Of a stretch of DNA of 64,000 nucleotides, positions 29,549 through 39,210 are shown piece by piece. The notes beneath the pieces were generated by a model. That model was not told the DNA's origin. It was given only the letters and a program-made list of their open reading frames with translations, and made no database searches. This DNA comes from Parcubacteria group bacterium. GTDB taxonomy: Bacteria > Patescibacteriota > Minisyncoccia > Phycocordibacterales > WO2-35-19. The stretch is taken from the NCBI GenBank assembly GCA_012514175.1, contig JAAZAU010000012.1, positions 3,479-67,478 of the forward strand, read 5' to 3'. Position 1 is the stretch's first letter, and every line of letters begins with the position of its first letter. The position numbers and the translations under genes were made by a program.

Positions 29549-30244
29549 ATGGAAAAAAATTTTGACGAATTTGAAAACATTATTGGTGTAAAGTTCAAGA
29601 ACAAAGACTTGCTACAGCAAGCTCTGACTCATCGTTCGTTTCTAAACGAACATAAAGCCCTAAAAAACAAACACAATGAACGTTTGGAGTTTTTGGGAGA
29701 CGCCGTTCTTGAACTTGTAATCACCGATTATTTATATAAAGAATACCCAGATAAAACTGAGGGTGATTTAACCTCTATTAGAAGCGCTTTAGTTAACGCA
29801 ACCACTTGCGCCAAAGTTGCAAAAAATTTGGCTGTAAACGACTTTATTCTCCTCTCTAAAGGTGAGACTAAAGACACTGGTAGAGCTAGACAATACATTT
29901 TAGCTAACGCTCTTGAAGCTATCATTGGCGCTATTTATTTAGATGCTGGTTATGAAAGTGCTAAAGATTTCATAATGAAAAATATTGCCCCTATGACAGA
30001 AGAAATTGTAAAAGAAAAACTTTGGATGGATGCAAAAAGTAAATTTCAAGAAAAAGCTCAAGATATAGCAAGCATTACACCTTCATACAAAACACTTAAA
30101 GAGACCGGACCAGACCATGACAAAAAATTTACCGTTGGAGTTTTCCTTGGCGAAACTTTAGTAGCCGAAGGAACAGGTAACTCAAAACAAGACGCTGAAC
30201 AATCCGCTGCTCGTCATGCTCTTCAAAAAAAAGGTTGGGATTAA
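29549..30244 (+). CDS. rnc: Ribonuclease III
   Basis: ALTHRS, NERLEFLGDAVL, dsRBD with GPDHDK.F and SKQDAEQ.AA. Confidence 0.97.
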   Translation: MEKNFDEFENIIGVKFKNKDLLQQALTHRSFLNEHKALKNKHNERLEFLGDAVLELVITDYLYKEYPDKTEGDLTSIRSALVNATTCAKVAKNLAVNDFILLSKGETKDTGRARQYILANALEAIIGAIYLDAGYESAKDFIMKNIAPMTEEIVKEKLWMDAKSKFQEKAQDIASITPSYKTLKETGPDHDKKFTVGVFLGETLVAEGTGNSKQDAEQSAARHALQKKGWD

Positions 30245-30264
30245 AATTGTGATAAAATAGTTTT

Positions 30265-32520
30265 ATGCTTAAATCACTTCAGATTTCTGGATTTAAAAGT
30301 TTTGCTAAAAAAACAGAACTTGAATTTAAATCACAAATTACCGCTATTGTTGGACCAAACGGTTCCGGTAAATCCAATGTAGCTGAAGCTTTTCGTTTTG
30401 CTCTTGGTGAACAATCCATTAAGTCTATGCGTGGCAAACGCGGTGAAGACCTTATTTGGAACGGTAGCGCTGAAGTTAGTAGAGCTGGACGAGCGTCAGT
30501 AAAAGTCGTCTTGGACAACAAAAACAATCTTTTTTCCGCTGTAAGCAAGGCAACCGAAGGGGGCGATTTTGAAGAAGCTGTTATAGAAAGAGTAGTAAAC
30601 CGTGACGGCACCAACGAATATTATTTAAACGGTTCACTAGTGCGTCTTAAAGATATTATTGAACTACTTGCTAATGCCCATATTGGCGCTTCTGGACATC
30701 ATATTATTTCTCAAGGTGAAGCAGATCGCATACTCAGCGCTAATATGAAAGAAAGAAAAGAAATGGTTGAAGACGCTTTGGGACTTAAAATTTATCAATA
30801 TAAAAGAGAAGAGAGCGAAAGAAAACTTGCTAAAACTGAAGAAAATATTAAACAAGTGGAATCACTCCGCAGGGAAATTGCGCCCCATATTCGTTTTCTT
30901 AAAAAACAGGTTGAAAAAGTTGAGAAAGCTGAAGAACTAAAAAACAAACTTTCTAAATTTTACAGAGAGTATCTAAAACGAGAAAAAATTTATTTAGACA
31001 CACAAAAAAACCAATTAGCAAAAGAGAAAAATCCGGTAATAGAAAGATTGGTTCAGTTGGAAAAAGAAATGGAAGAAGCTAAGCGTATTTTGGCAAATTC
31101 AGCTAAAAAAGATGAGAAAAGCGAAGAGCTCATAGCAATTGAAAACAAAATAAAAAATGAGCGAGACAGCAGAGACAAACTTTACCGCGATATAGGTAGA
31201 ATAGAGGGCGAGATCAACGCTAATCGCAGAAATATTGAGAGAATAGAAGCCGAACAGAGATCTGAAGAAACAAAAACTATACCTCTTAGAGAAGTAGAAG
31301 AATTGGAAAAAGAAATTTCTCAATATTCAGAAGTAACAAAAATTATACAGAAAATAAGAGATTTTATTATTAAACATAAAACTAACTTCAATAGTAAAAA
31401 TTTAAATGAAATTATAGAAAATAATCAAAATCTAGAAAATAAAAAAATAGAAATAGAAGAAAGTATAAAAATTATAGACAACACGCTAACCAATTTCACT
31501 GCCGAATATCAACAAATAAAAGATTCCATAGAAAGAGAAAAAGATTCTAGTCGGGAAGCTGAAAAAAATATTTTCAAAATATCGGGCGAACAAAGCGAAA
31601 CCAGAAGCAAACTTGAACTGCTCAAAGAAAAAGAATACAGATTAAATTTAGAAGAGAATGATTGGAAATTGCAGATTCAAGAAGGTGGGGTATTGTTGGG
31701 CACAGCTATTTTAGGATTTGAAAACGAAACACTAACCGAAGAAAATCAGTCAGAAAACTTTTCTTCAAATAATTTTACAAACCTTGAACCACGCGAAAAA
31801 CAAGAGGAAAGAAAAAAAGAACTTGAAAGGATGAAAATTAGATTAGAAGAACTCGGTGGAGCAGGCGGTAGTGAAGTAATAAAAGAATACAAAGAAACTT
31901 CAGAAAGAGATGCGTTTTTAGCCAAAGAATTAGAAGATTTAAAAAAGTCAGCCGAATCTTTACAACAACTCATCAAAGAACTTTTAGAAAAATTAGATGT
32001 GGAATTCAGAGAAGGTATAAATAAAATCAATAAAACTTTTCAGGAATTTTTCTCAATGATGTTTGGAGGTGGCGAAGCCAAGTTAGAAATAATTAAAAAT
32101 TATAAATTAAAAGCGAAAAATCCAATTGAGGAAGAAATAGAAAACACAGAAGAACAAAAACCGGAAGAAGGTATAGAAATAAACGTTTCGCTTCCTCGTA
32201 AACGTATACGAGGTCTGGATATGCTTTCTGGTGGCGAAAGAGCTCTAACCTCTATCGCGCTTCTTTTCGCTATTTCGCAAGTAAACCCACCACCATTTAT
32301 TATTTTGGATGAAACTGACGCGGCATTAGACGAGGCTAATTCTAAAAAATACGGCGATATGATTGAATCACTTTCTAAAGTCTCTCAACTTATTTTAATT
32401 ACTCATAATCGCGAAACTATGTCTCGTGCTGGTATTATTTACGGTGTAACTATGGGACGCGACGGTGTCTCGCGACTACTTTCTATTGCTTTTGATGAAG
32501 CTGTTACAGTCGCAAAATAA
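30265..32520 (+). CDS. smc: SMC-family ATPase, shortened (no recognisable hinge)
   Basis: GFKSFA, Walker A GPNGSGKSN, ISQG Q-loop, LSGGE signature, LDETDAALD, ITH; conserved rnc-smc order. Confidence 0.85.
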   Translation: MLKSLQISGFKSFAKKTELEFKSQITAIVGPNGSGKSNVAEAFRFALGEQSIKSMRGKRGEDLIWNGSAEVSRAGRASVKVVLDNKNNLFSAVSKATEGGDFEEAVIERVVNRDGTNEYYLNGSLVRLKDIIELLANAHIGASGHHIISQGEADRILSANMKERKEMVEDALGLKIYQYKREESERKLAKTEENIKQVESLRREIAPHIRFLKKQVEKVEKAEELKNKLSKFYREYLKREKIYLDTQKNQLAKEKNPVIERLVQLEKEMEEAKRILANSAKKDEKSEELIAIENKIKNERDSRDKLYRDIGRIEGEINANRRNIERIEAEQRSEETKTIPLREVEELEKEISQYSEVTKIIQKIRDFIIKHKTNFNSKNLNEIIENNQNLENKKIEIEESIKIIDNTLTNFTAEYQQIKDSIEREKDSSREAEKNIFKISGEQSETRSKLELLKEKEYRLNLEENDWKLQIQEGGVLLGTAILGFENETLTEENQSENFSSNNFTNLEPREKQEERKKELERMKIRLEELGGAGGSEVIKEYKETSERDAFLAKELEDLKKSAESLQQLIKELLEKLDVEFREGINKINKTFQEFFSMMFGGGEAKLEIIKNYKLKAKNPIEEEIENTEEQKPEEGIEINVSLPRKRIRGLDMLSGGERALTSIALLFAISQVNPPPFIILDETDAALDEANSKKYGDMIESLSKVSQLILITHNRETMSRAGIIYGVTMGRDGVSRLLSIAFDEAVTVAK

Positions 32521-32634
32521 AAGAGCCGTTACACCCAGTGGAGGAAAGTGTAACGGCTATCAGGCTCTTGTGTGTCCGGCCCGGTGAACTAACCAACACC
32601 AGGCAAAACAACTTGACGCACAAATGAACCTGAC
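32516..32634 (-). ncRNA. Putative unannotated ~120-nt small RNA: long bulged hairpin plus terminator
   Basis: Consensus promoter, G:U-supported rod structure on the minus strand, 11-bp terminator stem with U tail, no credible ORF. Confidence 0.65.
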
Positions 32635-32640
32635 AACCTT

Positions 32641-32668
32641 ATTATACTCTTATTTAAAATTTTGTCAA
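32641..32668 (-). promoter_or_regulatory. Consensus sigma70 promoter for the sRNA
   Basis: TTGACA-16 nt-TATAAT on the minus strand, immediately after the rnr stop. Confidence 0.75.
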
Positions 32669-34690
32669 TCAGACTAATTCAAAGTCCAAAGTTTTGCGAT
32701 CTAAGTCAGCTGAGATAAGTTTAACCTTAACAATATCACCAAGAGCAAGTTTGTTTTTGGTGTGTTCACCAATTATGCAATAATTTTTAGAATTTAGTCT
32801 GTAGTGATCGTCTGTTAAACTTTTAATACGCACCAAGCCTTCCGCTTTAGTCTCTGGATCTTCCACATAAACACCCCATTCAGTCACACCAGAAACCACA
32901 ACCTCAAACTCTTCGCCAATTTTATCTTGCATAAATTCAACTTGCTTATACTTAACACTGTCTCTTTCAGCTGTTTGAATAATTATTTCTTTTTCACTAG
33001 CTTTTTCTGCGATCTTTTTTAATTTGGCAATTTCATTTTTAGGAATTGGCTCACCTTTTAGATATCTATTTAAAATACGATGCACCACTAAATCTGGATA
33101 ACGACGAATGGGAGATGTGAAATGGGTATAATATTTAAAAGCCAAACCAAAATGACCAATATTTCTAGTAGAATATTCTGCTTTAGCCATAGAGCGAATA
33201 ACAGCGGTTTTTACAAGAGATTCACCGATATGACCTTCTATTTGAGAAAATAGAAAATTCAAATCTTTAGCTCTAACGCCTTTTCCGCTAATTGGTAATT
33301 TGTATCCTAAAGCTTTCACAAAAACGGAAAGTTCTTCAATTTTTTCCATATCTGGCAAATCGTGAACTCTAAAAATACTAGCTCCTCCTCTTTTTTTTAT
33401 TTTATCGCTTATAAATTTGGCAACTTCACGGTTCGCAAGAAGCATCCATTCTTCAATCATTTTCATAGTGTCTAATCTTGGCTCCTTATAAATTCTGAGA
33501 GGTTTACCTCTTGCATCAAGCTCAAACTTGATTTCGTCTGCTTCAAATTCTATAGCGTCGTTTTTGCTTTTTTCTTTTCTGTAAATTTCAGCAATACGAT
33601 TAAGTTCCTGAAGAGGCACCACAAAGTTAAGCGAAGAAGATGAATCTTTTGTTGTATTTAATATTTCTTGCGCTTCTTCATAACTAAATCTTCTGTTTGA
33701 ATTGATTATGGTCTTACCAAACCAACGATCTAAAACTTCGCCAGTCTTTTTTTTGATATCAAACACAGCTGAAAAAGTATAACGATCCGCATTTGGCATA
33801 AGTGAACAAATATCATTACTTAAAACTTCTGGAAGCATCGGAATAGTCCTGTCTACTAAATAAGTAGAAAAATTTCTCTCAGAAGCTTCTCTGTCTAGCG
33901 CCGAACCCGGACTTACAAAATGAGAAACGTCGGCAATGTGGATACCAACTCTGATTTTACCATCACCAATTTCTTCATACGAAAGGGCATCATCAAAATC
34001 TTTTGCATCTTTAGGATCTATTGTGAAAGTAATTGCATTTCTGAAGTCAAGACGTTTATTACCTCTAGGAAAATTCTTTAAAGAAAGTTTAGATAAGTTT
34101 TGCGAAAAAACTTGAACACTTTCTGAAGAAAATTTTTTCTTTAAATTAGTAGCTTCTTTTTCAACTTGAGCAGGAAAGTCATAAACAATACCTTTATCAA
34201 GCAAAATACTCTGCATTTCAGTTTCGTGAACGCCTTTTGGACCGATTATAGTAACAATTTGACCTTTAGGATTAAGATTTGGGTTAGTCCAATTTTCAAT
34301 TTTTACTAAAACTTTAAGTCCCGCTTTCGCTTCTTTAGGAAAATTTAAAATATCCACTTTTCTATAAAATTTCCAATCATCAGGCACAAAAGATAACCCG
34401 TTGCCAGATTTTTCCAGAGTGCCCACAAAATTAGTTTTGTTTCTTTTTATTATTTTGGTTACTTTGCCTTTTTTTCTATCTCTATCTTTACCAATAATTT
34501 CTATTTCTACTTCATCCTTGTCTAGAGCACAATTCAAATTTTCTTCAAAAACTATAATGTCCTCACCTTGCGTCGCACCCCGACCTTTAACGGAAATGGA
34601 TCTCGGAATCACCACAAAACCAACTGGCCTGTCTGTGATCTTGATGGTTCCCACATATTTTTTCTTTTTCGTTTTTCTTTTTTTAGCCAT
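32669..34690 (-). CDS. rnr: Ribonuclease R / RNB-family exoribonuclease
   Basis: TIDPKDAKDFDDAL, HIADVSHFV, YTHFTSPIRRYPDL, C-terminal S1 domain. Confidence 0.95.
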   Translation of the reverse strand: MAKKRKTKKKKYVGTIKITDRPVGFVVIPRSISVKGRGATQGEDIIVFEENLNCALDKDEVEIEIIGKDRDRKKGKVTKIIKRNKTNFVGTLEKSGNGLSFVPDDWKFYRKVDILNFPKEAKAGLKVLVKIENWTNPNLNPKGQIVTIIGPKGVHETEMQSILLDKGIVYDFPAQVEKEATNLKKKFSSESVQVFSQNLSKLSLKNFPRGNKRLDFRNAITFTIDPKDAKDFDDALSYEEIGDGKIRVGIHIADVSHFVSPGSALDREASERNFSTYLVDRTIPMLPEVLSNDICSLMPNADRYTFSAVFDIKKKTGEVLDRWFGKTIINSNRRFSYEEAQEILNTTKDSSSSLNFVVPLQELNRIAEIYRKEKSKNDAIEFEADEIKFELDARGKPLRIYKEPRLDTMKMIEEWMLLANREVAKFISDKIKKRGGASIFRVHDLPDMEKIEELSVFVKALGYKLPISGKGVRAKDLNFLFSQIEGHIGESLVKTAVIRSMAKAEYSTRNIGHFGLAFKYYTHFTSPIRRYPDLVVHRILNRYLKGEPIPKNEIAKLKKIAEKASEKEIIIQTAERDSVKYKQVEFMQDKIGEEFEVVVSGVTEWGVYVEDPETKAEGLVRIKSLTDDHYRLNSKNYCIIGEHTKNKLALGDIVKVKLISADLDRKTLDFELV

Positions 34691-34767
34691 ATTCGCCCTA
34701 TATTAACACAGTTTTATGATAGATGTCGCGACACTTTATACTGAGCACCAATAAACTCTTGATAGGG

Positions 34768-34814
34768 TTGACTAATATTTGGAAAAAGTTATACTAAATA
34801 TACTCTTTAAATAA
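34768..34814 (+). promoter_or_regulatory. rRNA promoter and boxA-like antitermination site
   Basis: TTGACT-16 nt-TATACT followed by TACTCTTTAAATAA (boxA consensus TGCTCTTTAACAA). Confidence 0.65.
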
Positions 34815-35138
34815 GAGCTGTTTTTTGAGTTCGTTGACATATCTTGAAATAACAAAGTACAAGAAAAGAGTTGTTCACTTTGAGCCTAGGTAAGGTTTGG
34901 TGAGCAACTGCAAGTCTCAAATTTTAAGTAGTCCGTTTAGACTATTATAAAAATGTTGAAAACTTAGTGATTTCGAAAAAACTGACCAGGATCAAATCAA
35001 GAGTAAAAACTAAAAAATATTTTTTGTTTTGTTCCGTTCTGTTTATTTTGATTTATCAAAATTAAGCATCTGCCAACAAGGCAGAAACTAAAGTAACGAA
35101 AATTATCCGTCTCTTTGGCGGATAAAATAAACTTCGTT

Positions 35139-36680
<1,542 letters not shown>

Positions 36681-36912
36681 TGAAAATCGTTCCGTAAATA
36701 TCGCAAGATATTTTCGGGACTTAATGAGTCGTTATTGTGTGTTCCAATTGGACACATAATGGTTTAACAGATACCTAAACTGTTTGACAGCACAGAAAGA
36801 TGTGCAAAATATCCTCCTTCGCTTTGCTTTGCAAAGTGTCAACGGAGGTTGGGTTTTGAAAAGCCTTTGGCTAACAAAATCCACGAACGGAACAAAACAA
36901 AAAATATTTTTC

Positions 36913-36940
36913 AAAAAAGCGCTTATCTGAGCGCTTTTTT
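36913..36940 (+). terminator. Terminator closing the 16S transcription unit
   Basis: aaaaaagcgct-tatctg-agcgctttttt, directly after the 3' arm of the processing stem. Confidence 0.75.
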
Positions 36941-37023
36941 GTTACCATTTTGTTGTCATTTTTCCTCTTGACTTTTATACACGAATTATGCTATAATTAG
37001 GGGTAGGAAAGGAGGAAATTATA

Positions 37024-37251
37024 ATGAAAAATTTCCTTATCAGTGTTGTTGTTTTTTTCTTTTTTTGCTTTGTTCTGCACCTTGTTGCAGAGCAAAGCAG
37101 CAAAAAGATGTTGTTTGTTGAGAAGGTTTGGCCCGATGGTCCAATAGTGAGGATTGTAAACCATAAGGGCCAAGAGGTTAGCATTGACACTAACCTCGAA
37201 AATAGGACTTATGAAGTAATCTGGGTCGCCCCGGAACACTTTCGTAAATAA
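37024..37251 (+). CDS. Small hypothetical membrane or secreted protein in its own transcription unit
   Basis: TTGACT...TGCTATAAT promoter, AGGAGG SD, hydrophobic N-terminus, downstream terminator. Confidence 0.65.
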   Translation: MKNFLISVVVFFFFCFVLHLVAEQSSKKMLFVEKVWPDGPIVRIVNHKGQEVSIDTNLENRTYEVIWVAPEHFRK

Positions 37252-37267
37252 GTAAAAGGGGCGACCT

Positions 37268-37300
37268 AAGCGGCATAGTTACAGTTTATGCCGCTTTTTT
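37268..37300 (+). terminator. Intrinsic terminator
   Basis: aagcggcata-gttacagtt-tatgccgctt followed by tttt. Confidence 0.8.
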
Positions 37301-37373
37301 CTTGCAAAAATTATTTTTTGTGCTATAATTATAGCAGAATAACACCACCAATCAAAAACAAAAAGGAGGTAAG

Positions 37374-37613
37374 ATGACTTGGAAAAAAGTGGCGGAAGGT
37401 TTGTTTACTGTCTCTTTTCTGATTGCCTGCGTTGTGATTGGATGGGTGATCAGAGGTTGGACGTTCGGAGTCGGTATCGCAATAGGAGCACTGACAGTGT
37501 GGCTGTTGCTGAACCGGCGATCCTCAAAACCTGAGCTTTTCGTTGTGGTCAAAAGCTACAACGAGAAACAGGTAGCGGACAATTGGCGCGGCCTGAATGA
37601 TCAGGATATTTGA
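37374..37613 (+). CDS. Small hypothetical two-TM membrane protein in its own transcription unit
   Basis: TTGCAA-16-TATAAT promoter, AAGGAGGT SD, two hydrophobic helices, downstream terminator. Confidence 0.65.
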   Translation: MTWKKVAEGLFTVSFLIACVVIGWVIRGWTFGVGIAIGALTVWLLLNRRSSKPELFVVVKSYNEKQVADNWRGLNDQDI

Positions 37614-37635
37614 TCATGGGCCGCCAAAACAAATC

Positions 37636-37672
37636 AGGAGGTGAATCAAACGTTCGCCTCCTTTTTCTTTTT
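37636..37672 (+). terminator. Intrinsic terminator
   Basis: aggaggtgaa-tcaaacg-ttcgcctcct followed by a T run. Confidence 0.75.
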
Positions 37673-37746
37673 CTTGTTTTAAATAATATTTTTTGTTATA
37701 TTTTTAATAGATTTGATCCGCCTTTGCTAAAGCTTTGGCGGAATAA

Positions 37747-37824
37747 GCGCGTGTAGCTCAGTCTGGTTAGAGCACCCCACTGATAATGGGGAGGTCTCAG
37801 GTTCGATTCCTGACACGCGCACCA
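37747..37824 (+). tRNA. tRNA-Ile(GAU)
   Basis: GCGCGTG/CACGCGC acceptor stem, CCCCA-CTGATAA-TGGGG, GGTTCGATTCC, encoded CCA. Confidence 0.95.
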
Positions 37825-37852
37825 TATTTTTAAAAAACCTCAAAAAATTAAT

Positions 37853-39145
37853 TTAAGAGCGGTCGTTTAAGATGTCTTCTTCAATTCTAAGGAGTTCGTT
37901 GTATTTAGCGATACGTTCACCTCGAGAGAGTGAACCGGTTTTTATGTATTTACTAGAAACTCCTACCGCAAGATGAGACACGGCCGTATCTTCAGTTTCT
38001 CCAGAACGATGAGAGATGATAGTCGTCCAAGAAGATTCTTTAGCTTTTTTAACAACATCTAAAGTCTCACTCAAAGTTCCTATCTGATTCAGTTTGACCA
38101 AAATAGTGTTGGCGGCTTTCTTTTCTATACTTTCAATCAATCTTTTCATATTAGTAACAATCAAGTCGTCACCAACTATCATAATGTTCTCACCAAATTT
38201 TGCAGTGAAATTTATGCTAGCCTCCCAATCATCTTCAGCAAAAGGATCTTCTACAGAAATAATCGGATAATTTTTGATAAGACCTTCATAATAATCAGAA
38301 AGCTCATCGCCAGTCATCTCCTTGTTTTCTGATTTCAAAACATATTTGCCGTTTTTGTGTGCTTCTACGGAATCTTCAGACGAATTAGAATAAAATTCAG
38401 AAGCAGCGACATCAAGAGCAATACCAAAATCAACACCCGGACTAAAACCTGCTTTTTGAATAGCTTGCATTATTAAATCCAAAGCATCTTTATGAGAAGG
38501 AATTTTAGGAGCGAAACCACCCTCATCTCCAACCGCAATACTAAGATTATTTTCTAACAAAACATCCTTCAAACACATAAAGATTTCGTTGCAATTTTCT
38601 AACACTTTCCGAAAAGTGCCATATCTTTGGAGTGGCACAATCATAAATTCTTGAATATCCAAATCATTATCAGCGTGAGCGCCACCATTTATAATGTTAA
38701 CCATAGGAATGGGAAGGGTGGGGAAATTATTCCCAAGAAGAGTAGCGATATAACTATGAAAAGGAATATTTTTTCTGAGCGCCTCCGCTTTGGCAAAAGA
38801 CATAGAAATACCAAGTGTAGTATTGGCGCCAAAATTTGATTTATTTTCTGTCCCGTCTTTTTCTATAAGATAATCATCTAAAGAGCGTTGATCAAAATCT
38901 TTGCCGATAAATTCTTTGCTAATATCATTTTCTATTTTTTTTGCTAATTTAGCTACTCCTTTACCAGCAAAGTGTTCAGGATCAGCATCTCTTTTCTCTA
39001 AAGCTTCGTATTTGCCAGTAGAAGCTCCACTGGGAACGCTAAAACGCCCCATCATTCCGCCCTCAAGAATTGTATCTACTTCAAGAGTGGGATTACCTCT
39101 AGAATCTAATATTTCTCTAGCGTTAATTTTAGTTATTTTAGACAT
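37853..39145 (-). CDS. eno: Enolase
   Basis: REILDSRGNPT, VPSGASTG, GDEGGFAP, SHRSGETED, SRGERIAKYN. Confidence 0.97.
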   Translation of the reverse strand: MSKITKINAREILDSRGNPTLEVDTILEGGMMGRFSVPSGASTGKYEALEKRDADPEHFAGKGVAKLAKKIENDISKEFIGKDFDQRSLDDYLIEKDGTENKSNFGANTTLGISMSFAKAEALRKNIPFHSYIATLLGNNFPTLPIPMVNIINGGAHADNDLDIQEFMIVPLQRYGTFRKVLENCNEIFMCLKDVLLENNLSIAVGDEGGFAPKIPSHKDALDLIMQAIQKAGFSPGVDFGIALDVAASEFYSNSSEDSVEAHKNGKYVLKSENKEMTGDELSDYYEGLIKNYPIISVEDPFAEDDWEASINFTAKFGENIMIVGDDLIVTNMKRLIESIEKKAANTILVKLNQIGTLSETLDVVKKAKESSWTTIISHRSGETEDTAVSHLAVGVSSKYIKTGSLSRGERIAKYNELLRIEEDILNDRS

Positions 39146-39166
39146 ATATAAATTATATCGCATCTA

Positions 39167-39210
39167 AAAAAATAAAAAACCGCCGATTGCCAGGCGGTTT
39201 TTTATTTTTT
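39167..39210 (-). terminator. Terminator-like hairpin between ppsA and eno
   Basis: aaaaaataaaaaaccgcc...ggcggttttttatttttt inverted repeat. Confidence 0.7.

Noticed and set aside
32516-32640. sRNA considered as SRP RNA, 5S rRNA or a leader peptide
   Set aside because: No SRP domain IV GGAA/CAGG motif, no 5S loop C CCGAAC, and the only ORF is 10-15 codons with no suitable start position.
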